Shown here piece after piece: positions 34,191 to 47,700 of a stretch of DNA of 64,000 nucleotides. How positions within the stretch are numbered: position 1 is the first letter of the stretch; every line of letters begins with the position of its first letter. Made by a program: the position numbers and the translations under genes. This stretch comes from Vitrella brassicaformis CCMP3155 (taxonomy: Eukaryota > Protista > Chromerida), in assembly GCA_001179505.1 (NCBI GenBank), contig CDMY01000364.1, positions 35,868-99,867 on the forward strand, in the 5' to 3' direction. Below the pieces are notes generated by a model, which did not search any database, was not told where the DNA came from, and worked only from the letters and a program-made list of their open reading frames with translations.

Positions 34191-36828
34191 CTACCAGAGG
34201 GTGTGTCCACCGTCGATGGTCAGGTTGATGCCCGTGATGTGGTCCGACGCACTCGACGCCAGCAGCAATACCGCACCCTGATGATGACATACACCACAAC
34301 ACACACAACACACGTAATGCACCCTGATGGATGGATGGATCGGATCCATGGCACTCTCTGTCTGGGCGACTGTCACTCACCTGCAGGTCGGTGAATTCGC
34401 ATAGCTTGCCCTGAGGGTTCTGCTCGTACCACAGCGACACCAGCGGCCGCAGCGCCTCGGAGTTCTCAATCAACGCCGAACGCACGATGCCCGGAGAGAT
34501 GCAGTTGACCTGCACCACACACACCGGCACTCCTCGTGTGGATGTGCGGGGTGGGTCACACACCTGAATGTTTTTCTTGGCCCATTCTGATGCGAGTGTC
34601 TTGGACAGCTGCAGGACGGCGGCCTTTGACGCGTTGTAGGCCGTCTGGTTCTGCGGGTGCGGCACCCACGTGGCGGCCTGAAGATCGATCGACACACAGC
34701 AATGGGATGGATGGATGGATGTCGCCCCTGCGCTGCGTGCTTTGTCTGACCATTGATGCGGTGTTGATGATTTTGCCTCCTCCCTGCTTCATCATCTGCT
34801 TGGCCTCGGCCTGGCACCAGAAGAAGGTCGACTCGGTGTTGAGCTTGAACGTCGCCTGCCACTCCTCACGACTCGTGTCGACTGATCAGCACACCACACA
34901 CACCACACAGACGCGCGTGGGCGGGCGAATGGCGCGTGTGCCGCGTCTGTGTTGGCTGAGGACTCACTGGAGTCTGAGTTTTTGTTCATTCCCGCGTTGT
35001 TGATGGCGACGTCCAGGTGACCAAACGTCTCGACGATCTTCCCAATGCACCGCTCGGTGTCCTCCTGACCGACACACATCAGACGTCAGAGAGGTGAGTG
35101 CCACGTGTCTGTCTGTCGGTCGGTCTTGTGGGTGTCCTTACCGCTTTCGTGACGTCGGCCTGCAGGGCGAGTGCGCCGACGCCCTTCTTCATCAACTCAC
35201 CGGCCACATCGGCAGCCTTACCGCCCTGACACACATGCACACACAGCCACACGGACGGATGTGTGTCGAACGACGGACAGGGCCACGTCTTCTGTTTGTG
35301 CTTTTTTGGCTCACGTCCAGATCGATGAGGCAAACACTGGCACCAGCATCGGCCTGAGAGAGGACAGAGGAGAGGGACAGGTGAGTGTGTATAGCCTCGA
35401 CAGGTGCACCGCACCGCTGCATACCAGTGCGTGTGCGTATGCTCGTCCGATGCCCTGGCCGCCGCCCGTGACGAGGGCCACCTTGCCGCGGAGGGACAGA
35501 CGGTCAAACACACTGGGCGCCTGCATGACCGCATCGCCAACCACTTAACACACACAACACAACACAACACAACACGACATCCATCCCTTGACGTGGGTGG
35601 CTCAGTGTTGTTCTGTGTTGCTGTTTACACTCAGTGGGTTCCCGCCGCACGAGCGTGAGGCCATCCCTGACACACACAAACACACATCACGGCCTTGTCC
35701 GTCCCTCCATCCCTCCATGCATTCATCCATCCGCCCTGTCACCCCTGCACCCATCCATCGCACCTGACGGGCAGCATGACCATCTCGAATCTAGGGTCGC
35801 TCCGCACCTTCTTGTTGAACTCGCGGATGGCGCTACCGCCCACGTCATCGGCGTTGTAGTCACTGTACACCCGGCCCTTCATCAGCGAGTTGTCGATGCC
35901 GATCACACCACCCGGCGCAACCATGTCGCGGTCGATCAGCAGGTCCCAGTACACCGTGTAGCCCACCTTATCTGTGCACAAAGAACTCACAAAAAGAGGC
36001 ACATGTCCATCCTTTTCTATATGGGTGTGTGTCTGGGGGTCTCTGCTTCACCGGCGTCCATGAAGACGAAGTCGAATTTCTTGTCCCGCGTGGACACGTC
36101 CAGCTCCTTGAGCGTCTTGGCGGCATCGCCCAGCTCGATGCGGATCTTCTTGCCGTGTGGCGAGCCGGCGATCCTCTGCTGCACGAAGTCCTTGAGGTAC
36201 GGCTCGATCTCGCAGGTCACCACCTGTCCGTCGTCGGGCACCCCCTCGGCCATGCAGAGTGCACCGAAGCCAGTGAACATGCCGATCTCGAGGACACGCT
36301 TGGCCCGCATGAGCTTGACGAGCATCTTCAGGACCACGCCCTCGTGCTGGTTGGTCACCATCTCCTTTTTGAGCTTGAATTGCGTCTTGCCCGCCATGTA
36401 CACCTCCGACCAGGGGTGCACGACCGAGTCCTGCCAGATCTTCTGAGCCACGTCCGACGCCTGCAAAGAGGAGAGCAGTGGCAGCAGCGCGGGGCATGAG
36501 CAAGCGCGTGGTTCCGGGCGCGCGTGTGTGTTTGTTGGCCTACCGGTGTGGAAACTTGCTCGAGGTACGGGTCAAGGCCGCGCACGATGCCCAATGCATC
36601 CTTGACGTGCTCTTTCACCTTGGCCACGTCACTGTCGGGCGTCTCGAGCGCTGCCTTCAGCAGGAAGGTGGCCACCTCCTGCACCAACACACATTCACAT
36701 GCTCGTGATTTACGGCTTCTGTCTGGCTACCGGCGTCGTGCGGTTACCATTGGTGTGTCTGGCTGTCCTGTGGCATTGATGTCGCCGTTCATCCCATTCA
36801 TCTCTTCGTGTCTCTTCACCGCGGGCAT
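34191..36828 (-). CDS. MT-Ox: O-methyltransferase-short-chain dehydrogenase fusion (MT-Ox type)
   Basis: OMT part: DTPM|EVATFLLKA...[17 protein letters not shown]...[15 protein letters not shown]...EIEPYLKDF...SPHGKKI...FDFVFMDA|DK...DNSL...PVR|DGLTLVRR. A phase-1 intron (35544-35628) joins it to an SDR with [24 protein letters not shown] and DGGHTLW*. Confidence 0.85.
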
Positions 36829-38012
36829 ATTTCGAAGCAGCGTGCACTTTGAAACGACGGCTTCTGCAGATCTGAGCAGCTCTCAACACCACTACAACTG
36901 GTGGACGACGACATACGACCTCCGAAGCCAGTGCCGGAATCTCCGTAAAACACATGGGATCCGTCAACGGTCAACGGCCGACGGTGTTGACGAGATTTTT
37001 GACGAAGACGGCACAAAAAAATCTCCTTTCTTGTTGGATTCACCGTCGTTCCACAGGCGGCTTGCCGATCTTACAGGTGAATCGACACCTGCCCGCCCCC
37101 ACTGTAAGTACTAGTATATCTCCTCGTGGATACAGCCCATCTCCTCCGTCCTTGCCCATGTGTGTGTGCATTGGATACGGCAGGATCAAGGAAGACAAAC
37201 GATGACGACAGCGCGGGAGAGAACACGACGCTGCTGACTCAGTCGCCTTGTAGCGCGTCAACACATCAGAGGACGGCAAGGACGACGAGCAAAACCCGGA
37301 GGATGACGACAGCGAATGGGTCCCCATCGTGCGCAACAAAGGCCGGAGCTTCATTGCCGTGCCAGAAATGATCGAGCGTGTGCAACGATTACGGTGGGAG
37401 GAGGACGGGCGAGGCCTGACGGTGGGGTTGTTGCCGGTGGAATTGGCAGGGGCTGAATACCGGCAGCAGTCGTGACTGCATAAAGGAGACGGGGCTGAAG
37501 AGTCAGGGCGGCCACTTTAAGAACAGGCGCACTGTGCAGCTGGACGTCCAGGAGGGACAAGGTGCAGCAGAGCGGCGAGCGCAGGTTTCGACCAAGTCCT
37601 GGCCACCGGCCTGTCGTCCTGCCGACCAATAATCCAGGTGGCCAGGACGGCAGGCCGGGAAGGGCGACCCAATACGGCTGAGGGTCGTGGGTGGTGCCGC
37701 AACCGGAGCGGCTCCTGCCGGACGGGCAGGTCCAGTGGGGGCAGGTGTCGCTGGTCGTCTCCCCCGTCCGGCAGGGGATCTGGATGCTGGTGTGGGTGGT
37801 GTGCAGCTCGCGGCAGCGGCAGCACGTGCGGCACGGGAGCGTTCGGGTGCTGATGCGGGTGAGCTCGGGGAAGCGGCAGCGGCAGTGAGTGCGTCTGCAT
37901 CGGGTACACAACACGATAGGCAGACACTTCGGTGATGGCACTTCTCATCTTCTTGCGTTTGTGTTTTTAAGCAGTTCACGCCAACCGAGATCCTACGGCA
38001 TTGGGTATCGAG

Positions 38013-38465
38013 ATGCAGATGTTTGTGTACGTGGCGGTGCCCGGGCTGCAGACGCCCATGCCACTCGCGCTGAATTCTGCATGGACGGTGCCCGGCCAGA
38101 GACCTCATAGCAGAACGGGCAGCAGACTTCATGCCAGGCGGAGCACGTTTGTTGGAGGTTGCTGAGTGAGTGACAAACACGCGTCCGACAGTTCATTGGT
38201 GTTTCTTCAGGAAACTGTCGGACGAGCTTTCAGTGGCTGAAGAAGCCCGCCTGCACAATATGTGTGTGCAGCTGGAGTCCATCGAAGGGACGAATTGCTG
38301 TCTACATTTTATATCCAAAGGGAGGGAACGCTCTTCGACTTGCTCGACTGTGTCAGCCACAATGGCAGATTCACAGACACAGAGGGGGATTTGCAATCGG
38401 ATATGGCCCGAAGTACGGCGGTGCGCGCCAAGTACGGCGACGAACTGATGGGAGCGATCCTCTAG
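38013..38465 (+). pseudogene. Frameshifted two-exon remnant, possibly ubiquitin-like fold
   Basis: MQMFVYVAVPGLQTPMPLALNSAWTV.(shift).DLIAERAADFMPGGARLLEVAE|KLSDELSVAEEARLHNMCVQL. The phase-2 intron is consistent and there are two frame changes. Ubl likeness is weak. Confidence 0.3.
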
Positions 38466-38509
38466 GGAGCGACGAGTAGGGCCACCTACCAAGACTGACG
38501 TGTGGGTGA

Positions 38510-39710
38510 TTGGCGGGTGGATGGCTGGATGTTCGATTGGTGTTGTTCAGCCTGGCTCTCCTCTTTGAGGCGGCCTACTTTCTGGCTGCTGATTTGATTG
38601 GATGGTGTATGGAATGTCAGACCAGCATCGACCAGGGAGGCTTCAGCCCCTGGTCCGTCAAGGTGCGTCACATGCACACATACACACATACACACATACA
38701 CACACATATATACATGTACATGAATACGTGTACGCATGGTTAACCACTTCTTGGTGCGCGTTGACTACATACGGCTGGCCGACATCAAGGCGGCCTTGAT
38801 GCACACACACATCCACTCGTTCTCACATTCTTCATGTCATCTCTTACGTGTGTGATCATTTTCGTGTGTCCAGGAGCTCATCGAAGGCGGCCTGCGTCGT
38901 CAAGGCCGTCATGGACTCGGGCAAGCACTGGACAGAATGACGGATGGTAAGGACACATTGCATGAGACACACAAAGGCCAGACCTGGTCTCTCTCCCTGA
39001 CGCGGGAAAGTCTCTGAATCTCGATGACGTTGCTGACAAAGGGGCTGCCGAGCCGTTGAGTCGCTTCGGGCGACAGCAGAAGAAGAAACAACATCGCCTG
39101 CATCTGTACGATGGAGGGAACCAGCACACACTTTGAGGCCAGTGTTTCATCCGAATGCTATGTTGATGGTCCCGTGTCAGTGAGCTGCTGTATCCTCTCG
39201 TGGCTTTCTACTCCGAGTGGATGGGCCGGTTCCCTCGGGGCACCTTCGACACCAAACTCATCGCTGCCAGCCTGCTGCAGCTCAATAGCTCATCCAGGTA
39301 CTCGTCCAGCCCACCACATACGTACCACGACGCTCCGGCCCCCCTCAGATCGCAGCTGCTCAAGGACGCAGACCGAAGGCAGGCACAAGAGACAGCACCG
39401 GCACGTATACATCGTGCTGTATTTGTCTCCGGTGTCAGCTCAACCCCCCCTAGCAGCTTCGTCACCTCCCCGTCTGCATCTGCATGCGAGGTCCTTGCTG
39501 GGGCCTGTCTGAAGCGAACGTTCAGGCAGGGAGGGCGGCCGATGTCTGTTCAGGGCAGATGAACACACATCGATGCGGGGGAGAAAGATGGAGTAGTGTG
39601 AGTGTGTTCCTTCCTCTATCGGTCTAATTTCTTTGTGTGTCTCAGGCCGAGGTCTCTGCAATCGCCGCTTACATTTTATGTTTCCTGTATGTGTTCCAAG
39701 AGGCGCATGT
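38510..39710 (+). CDS. Hypothetical multi-exon protein, ends uncertain
   Basis: Phase-compatible exons ...GFSPWSVK|ELIEGGLRRQ...|DLVSLPDAGKSL...|ELLYPLVAFYSEWMGRF...|SQLLKDADRRQ. Hydrophobic N-terminus. No family recognised. Confidence 0.4.
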
Positions 39711-40459
39711 CCTGATCCCGACAACATCATATATGGACACACGAATGGCTGGTCGAGGCACGGAGAGAGACACATCAAAATACCGATCGGGAGATCATTT
39801 CTTCTGTCTGTCTGTCTGTCTGTCTGTCTGTGTCTCTGGGTGTCCCTCTTGTAGGCCGAAATGGGTGTGATGCTGCTGTGTTCAGGACCATGCGAGTGTC
39901 ACAGACAGGTAGTAACAATGTGATCGCCTGTGGGGAGACGAATGGGAAAGCAAGGCGTGCGCCATATGTGTGCGGGTTTTTCAACCGCGGTTGCGATCGC
40001 TGGTTACATCACCTTTTATATCTATCTCTGCTTGTACGCTGCAAGATTATCCCACTCTCTGTGAGTGGGTGAATCGAATCGTCTTTCGACTTGCCACGAT
40101 GAGAGAGACTGTGGCAATGTGTGTGAGGGATGCCGCGGCGGTTTGACTGAGGACATGCAAACAGAATCGACGCTCATAAAAGCAATTCTATTGAGCGACT
40201 CACACACACACACTGAGAGACACGCACACACACACGAAGGAATCCATGTCAGTGCGCCGCTGTTAAGCTGCAGCAGACACGTGATCCTACTCACTCCACA
40301 TGCAGATGGCACACACGGGCAGAACTCAACGCCGCGGGCAGGCTCCGGGAACTGAAGTCGGCGGTCACCTCCCGTAAAACTGGATCTGAGCTCGCAAGTG
40401 CCATTCCTTCGTTTGTTCATTCGTTGGGACACCGAAGCCCCTGAGGGCAGATCACCGGT

Positions 40460-42137
40460 ATGGCGAATAGCCGGATCCCCACGACATGGACGGAAACGGA
40501 GCTGTTGCCTCACAAAGAGTCTGGCCGGCCATCTCTGCCTGAAACAAACAGCATGGAGGCCAAGGACGTGCGTATTGAGATGGCACTGCCGCCATGCAAG
40601 CCTATTACGCTAGATCTGCACAACGTGTCAGGTAGGCAAATACTGCATCATTCAGAAGGATGAATGGATCTTTGCTGCCCTTGTGTGAGCGTCTTCCCAG
40701 TTGATGTGGAGATGTCTGTGCAGCCCAAGAAGCAGCGGCGGTTCTGGGATGGTGGCGGTGTCGGCAGCACGGCCCCCGCAGTGCCGAAGACCAAGCGCAT
40801 CCTGGATGACATTACTGTCAGGCTGCAGCCTGGCAAACTGGTTGCTGTGATGGGCGCCAGGTGACATATATGACGCCACGCAGATACGACGACTTCGGTG
40901 GGCATCTCGTCTGTGTGTGTCGTCATATCTGCAGCGGCGCAGGCAAGTCGACTCTGCTCAACATATTGGCGACTCGCGTGGCGTGCAGCAGCGGCAAGAT
41001 CCTCTCCAACGGGCGGCCGATCGACGCGTCGTTCATCAAGCAGTCGGCCTATGTGCAGCAGGAGGACCTCTTCTTCGCCAACCTGACCGTCAAGGAACAC
41101 CTCATGTACCAGGCTCGCATGTAAGCCATCTCCGGGTCAACACATAACCGACATCACAGCTGTGACCGACTTCTTCCTACAGGCGGCTGCCTCGCTCGCT
41201 GTCCGACGGTGAGAAGGAGCAGCAGGTGGATGCGGTGCTGCATCGGCTGGGCCTGCTCAAGTGCCAGCACTCCCTCATCGGACAGCGACGGGGCATCTCG
41301 GGGGGTGAGAGGAAGCGCCTCAGCTGTGCCACTGAGATCCTCACCAACCCCTCGCTGCTGCTGGTTGACGAACCCACGAGTGGACTTGACTCTCATTTGG
41401 CTTTGAATGTGGTGGAAGTGCTCAAAGAAATCGCTCAGGCCGGTAGGCAGGCAGGGAGGGACAATTGATGATGCGGCTGTGTGTGGATCACTGTGTGTGT
41501 GCGTGTGTGTGTAAAGGGCGCACGGTGGTTGCCACCATCCACCAGCCGTCCACCGAGATCTACAACCTCTTCGATGAGCTGATGCTGTTGGCCGACGGCA
41601 GACTGGTCTACTTCGGGGGCCGCGACGACGCCATCACCTACTTCGCCGAGCTGGGCATGTCTGTGCCGACCTACTGCAACCCGGCCGACTTCTTTATTCG
41701 ATCGCTGGCCATCGAATATCAAGACGACAAGCAGTTGAAGCGCATCCATGGGTGGGTGGGTGGGGGAGCAGGGGATGGCATGACATACACACGGATCTGC
41801 TGGCGGTGCCTGTTGTCCATTCAGTATGGCCGACACATGGGGGAAGCTGCAGCAGCAGGCCAGAGAGGATGATGTGGACGGGAAGATGGGCAACATCGCA
41901 GAGGTGGGGGGGGAGAGGGGGGAGGGGAGAACGTTCTTTGCACAGGAGTGGGTCGTGTTGACATGTGTGTGTGTCATGTGTGTCAGCTGCACAACAACAT
42001 TCAGTCGGAGTCGTCCCCTGTCGATGGGAACGCCGTCGCGCTGAGGGAATACTCAACAGACTGGTTGGTACCACATACACACAAACATACACACACACAC
42101 GGGGATGCATGGAGGTGTCAATCAGGCTACCTCTCCA

Positions 42138-42168
<31 letters not shown>

Positions 42169-43930
42169 GTGTGTGTGTGTGTGTGCCCCTCGAACAATCA
42201 CTCAGGCTGTATCAGTTCCGCACTCTCTTGTCGCGTGCGACCAAGAACAGCTCCCGCGATCCGATCTTGATGCGCGCAAGGTTGATCCAGTCGCTGGTGC
42301 TGGGGCTGCTGTGCGGCCTCATCTACTTCAGACTCGAAAACAACCAGAGGGCCGCACAGGACAAAACGGGCTGCATCAACTTCATGCTCATCAACCAGGT
42401 GGTCCATCAGCCAACCAGTCGCGCACACAAACCATCGATGGGGGGATGGGGGGACATATGCATGTGTTTGATGGGCGTCCTTACAATGTGTGTGGTGCAG
42501 GCGATGGTTGGTGTGATGGGCGTGCTACAGACGTTTCCCAGCGAGAAGCCGATAGCCCAACGAGAGTATGAGAGCGAGGTGTACCGTGTGGACGCCTATT
42601 TCCTGGCCAAACTGATCAGCGACATCCCTTTCCAGCTCTTCTTCCCATTCCTATTCACAACGTACAGTACATCAAACAAACAGACGGCTTGGCTTATATG
42701 TGTGTGTGCATCTGTGTGTCTCATCTGTCTGTGTCTGTGTGCAGGATAACGTATTGGATGGCAGGTTTGAACGACGCCTTCGTGCCGTTCGTGTTGACCG
42801 TGATCTTCGTGCTGCTGACGGCCAATGTGGCCATGTCCGTCGGCTACCTCCTCTCATGCATCTTCGACAACGTATGTACACTGCACTCGTACGACACACA
42901 ATATGTACATGACCTCCCGCCGCTGCACACCTGCACACCTGCACACCTACACAGACAGATGGGCTGGGCTGTGTGGGTGATTGATTACATATAGGTGGGC
43001 GTAGCCCTTGCGCTGGGCCCCCTGTTCGTGATGCCCTTCTTTTTGTTCGGAGGCTTCCTGCTTTCGATAGAGTCGATCCCCATCGGATGGATATGGCTAG
43101 AGGTACGGCCACACCCACACTAATCAGCAATCACCCACCCACTCACACGCCCCCCCCCCCCCCNNNNNNNNNNNNNNNNNNNNNNNNNNNNNNNNNNNNN
43201 NNNNNNNNNNNNNNNNNNNNNNNNNNNNNNNNNNNNNNNNNNNNNNNNNNNNNNNNNNNNNNNNNNNNNNNNNNNNNNNNNNNNNNNNNNNNNNNNNNNN
43301 NNNNNNNNNNNNNNNNNNNNNNNNNNNNNNNNNNNNNNNNNNNNNNNNNNNNNNNNNNNNNNNNNNNNNNNNNNNNNNNNNNNNNNNNNNNNNNNNNNNN
43401 NNNNNNNNNNNNNNNNNNNNNNNNNNNNNNNNNNNNNNNNNNNNNNNNNNNNNNNNNNNNNNNCACGCCCCCCCCCCCCTCTCTTTCCTCTCTCTCTGTG
43501 CCTGCGTGTGTGTGCAGTATCTGTCTTTCTTCAGGTACGGCTTCAGCGGCGTGGCGGGGTCGATATGGCCCGGCCAGCGGTTGGTGTGCGAGCCATCTGG
43601 CCAGGGCAGCCGCTTCTGCTTCGAGACAGGCAGTGACGTCCTGGAGTACTGGGGACTCTCCGCCGCCGACCTACCGAGGGATTTCGCCGCACTCGTTGCC
43701 ATGATCATTGGGTCAGTGAGAAGGACAATACGGTCGGTGAAATGCGATGTATGATGTTGGTGGTGTGTTGGCTGCGTGGTGGCAGGTACCGTGCGTTGGG
43801 TATGCTGGCGCTGTGTATGAAGGCGCGTGCAGCCAAGGTGCGTCTGCGGCGGGGCGAGTCGGCCCTGAAGCGAGCCATGCACAGCTTCAAGTCGTCCAAG
43901 TCTCTCAAGGCGTGCCGGACGGATCGATAG
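40460..43930 (+). CDS. ABCG: ABCG (White-like) half transporter
   Basis: Walker A GA.SGAGKSTLL, AYVQQED, signature ISGGERKR, LLVDEPTSGLDS, TIHQPS, NPADF, then the ABC2 membrane domain (REYESEVYRVDAYFLAK). Spans an N gap. Confidence 0.95.
43164..43463. other. Assembly gap (300 N) inside the ABCG gene
   Basis: N run flanked by poly-C tracts. Confidence 1.
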
Positions 43931-44744
43931 CTAGACACATAGACGCGATGACTTCGCACTAGCTGTCTGTGTATTCTGTCTCGTTGATGTACCATTCGTG
44001 TGTGTGTTCATTTGTGTGCGCCCGTCACGGCGGCCTTCCTTTTTTCGACGGCACCGCCTCGCACGCGCAATGGACGGAACGGATTGTAGGGTTTGGTTTT
44101 GCCTCTGACGTGTGGCAGGTATGTGTGTTTGTGCCTTGTGTTTTGTGTGTGGGCTGCGATCGGATCCCGCCATCCCAGCCATCCAACCGCACACAACGCA
44201 AGACCACGATCTTTTTCTCGTGCGTGTGCCACTGCGTTGGCTCGATTATCGTGCCAGTGCGATGCTTTATCTGGTGTGAGTGTGTGTATGGTTCCGGTGT
44301 CTCATCACTAAACTAATTGATGCCTCATATGTACACGTACGTCTGTGATGAGTGGGGAGGCGAATTTCGAGCGACTCATCTAACTTGTACGGGCTGGTGC
44401 AGGGCTGGCTTTCTGACGCATTCAGTGAAGGTGGACAAATGACGTGGCCTTCCCTCCCGTCCGTCAGTCATGTGCGTGATGTAATATATGTGCCGTTTAT
44501 ATACGAGGCCTCAGGACATGTCAGTACACTCGATTTGATGTACTGTTTTCAAGTCCGGCCGTGCTGACGACATGCTGGCAAGGCTGTCTCCATTCCATTG
44601 AGAGTGACAGACTGCGATACCATTCCTTCCACACGGACGGAGCACGAAGATGCAGATGCATTACCGAGTCACCAGACACTATATCCACACACGCTACCCA
44701 CCCCCTCACCTCTCCTCTCCCCTTCTCTCCCCCCCTCTCCCTTT

Positions 44745-47700
44745 CTAAGGCACTCTCAGCTGCGGGCACACAGCAGCAATCATGGCCACCAGGTTCTTCA
44801 GCAGCTCGTCGAAGCCCTTTCTCAGCTGGAAGGCGTGCAGGTCTGCCGGCTTGGACGCCCACGAACGGCAAGCCTTCATGTCGAGTCTGTTGCCGATGCC
44901 CAGCACGAAGATGCGCCCCTTGGGGCCGCTGTTGGACTTGCGGAAGGCGTGTGCGGCGTTGTAGGTCTGCCATCGGCTGGTAGAATCGCGAGTGCAGGCA
45001 AGGGATAGGGAGGGGAGACATGTGTGTGTGCGCTCGGTATGTTCACTCGGGACACTAACCTCCAAACACGGCCGTCAGTAAGGATGAAAAGGATGGTCTC
45101 CGCGTCGGCACGGCCGCGGCGAGCCATGTTCGTGGCCTACAGGGGTGAAAGGACACACACAAACACACACATGACGGTAATGTGGATTGGTTCGGGGAAG
45201 AGAGTACCATGTTGATGGCGCGTGAGGTGCGTGTTCCTCCGCCGGTAAATTTCATGCCTTTGGCCGCGTCGAGGACGGTCTTCTTGACTGGCGACAGGTC
45301 CGCCACGAGCTTCGACGAGTGATCGAACTTGATCAGTCCTGCACCCACCAGAAAGATATTGGGGTGTGTTGTGTACCCTGCAGGCCTCGTGTTTGTGCTG
45401 GTGTCTGCGTGCGCACCGATTTGCGCCTTGTCTAGCCCGAAGTCTGTTCTCTCGATGAACTCCACCGTCCAGTTCTTGGCCGCATTGAAGCCGCGAGCGC
45501 GCATGCTGCCCGAATTGTCCTGCAGCACACAACACACAACACACAGCACGAGGTCACTCTCTCTCTTTGTGTGTGGGATGTATTTATGTCTGCTGGCCCA
45601 CGCACAATGGCAAATATGATGTCTTTCTTGGATGAGCAGATGATGGAGTCAGGGCATGGCCCCTCGTTGCACGGCTTGGTCTCGAAGCGCTCCTTGTCGT
45701 ATGTGCCCCAGCAGATGCCCGCCCCCCGGCTGTTCTCAATGACCGGCTTGGTGCGGATCTGCACACCCCCGTTGCAGGCACGGCAGCACGGGGACCAATC
45801 GGTCCACTCACCCAACACACAATCTGCATATGTACACCGATGGGAGAATGTGTGTTGGGGGAGAAGGGGCGCGGTGAGGGAGAGACGGACCTTTGTTGCA
45901 TGGTGGCCTTTGGCAAGGTTTGGTGTCCTGGTTTGTGGAAGGGCACTCCTCCCCGCCATGCTGCGGCTGGATCAACACATCGCGGTAGCGATACTGCAGT
46001 GCATGCATCCCAAACAGACACACACATGACCACATGCCCCCGCCCCTCCACGCCACGTATGTGTGATGTGATGTGGTGTACCTTACCTGCACTCCCTGGT
46101 CGCATGTGACGGGGCAGGTGCTCCACTCGCTCCAGTCACCCATCTGATTGATTTGATGGATGGATGGATGGATGGAAAGAGAGACACGGAGACAGACAGG
46201 CAGACAGACAGACAGACACCCATGAATGCATTACAATGCATTGGGTCTCTGCGCAGCGTATGTAATGTGCATATATACTTTGCAGTCGATGGGGCATGGG
46301 TGTCGGTTGCAGGGCAAGATGGTCTTCAGCGCTGGGCAGGGCGCGCCTGAGCCATCAATACATCCATCCATCCGCAACCAACACACATGTCGTGCCTCTA
46401 TCTTCCCACTTACCGAGTACAGGCTCGTCGACGATGGTCCTGGTGTGTTCCATGGTGCCCTCGGTGCCGCACGAGTGGCTGCACTCGCCAGGCACCCACT
46501 CGCTCACCTACACACCACACCAGCCCGCGCAACACACCTCCCCTCAATCAACGGATGCAAGGCAAGGCGCCTGCCATTCCGGCATCCGCTGACCGTGCAG
46601 TCCTGGATGTAGTCAGTGAAGGAAGACATCTTCATGAGCTCGAGGCGGATCTTGCCGATGCCGCAGATGGTGGTCTCGCCCTGGTCGATGGTCGCCTTGG
46701 ACTCCTCCCTCTTCTGATGCAGCTGCTGCTCCGTCTCAGCCAACGTGCGCTCCTTCAACTCCTTCTGGGACTCTGCATGACCAGATTCACCATACATACC
46801 ACACCACCCATACACGGGCATGTGGCATTTTTGTGTTGCGGGGGATGGGTGGGCGCGGTGTTGTGTGGTGTGACCTACCGGCTCTTTGTTTGTCAGCGGT
46901 CTTTTCTGCGAGTTGAGCCGAGGCCTGCTCCAGCTCCAGCCTTGTCTGCTCGAGGTCACTGTTGTAGTCGGCGATCACCTGGGTGCACCGGGCTGTGTTG
47001 GCCGCTATCAGATCCTCCACCTCAGTACTGACAACAGAGTTGCAATACCCACATGGACACAGCAGGGAGGGGATGGGATCGGTGTGTATGGTCTGGTCTG
47101 GTGTGGTGGGTGTGGTAATGGTTGCCTGCTACATACATGTCGTCTTGGACCTCGCCCACAAGGGTGCTCATGGAATCGACAAAGACCTCACACATGGGGC
47201 TGGCACTGATGGTGCACTTGTCATCAGGCACCTGCACACGTCACACAGACAGACAGACAGACCGACAGAATGAATGTCTCTCACCGACTCATGCTCTCAC
47301 TCACCTCCTGGCTGGGCGGGAGGCCGGCCGGTGTGGTGTTGGGGCTGGGAACGTTCCGCCTCCCTCTCTTTCCTCCCAGCTGCGCCCTCAGCTGCTGCAA
47401 CACCACCGTGTTGCCCATGTCCATGTCCATGTCATCACCAAACCCGCCGAAGTCTATGGCACCGATACCTCCAGCGCGCCTGCCCATGTACTGGTACAGC
47501 GCCTCTATGTGCATCCCCTCCGCCTTCTCGACCGCAGCATCCTCAAGCGAAGCGAACTCCCGCTCGGTGTCGTCCAGGAAAGGAGAGCTGCTCGCGCCAT
47601 GTCGTCGGTATTCGGCCAGCTGCAGGAAGGAACGTGCCCTGGTGAGGATGCGAGAACGGCGGTCCTGGTGTGCGTGGGCATGGGTGAGGGAGGCGTGCAC

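Noticed and set aside
35634-36503. Plus-strand and alternative-frame ORFs over the methyltransferase
   Set aside because: Shadows of the MT-Ox coding exons.
37351-37948. Cys-rich frame resembling a zinc finger, and an overlapping Pro/His-rich frame with an internal ~60-nt duplication
   Set aside because: Could not decide which frame is coding. No canonical finger spacing or splice support.
38856-38930. MTALTTQAAFDELL, resembling a thioredoxin N-terminus
   Set aside because: No WCxxC follows. It is the antisense of a plus-strand exon with good splice sites.
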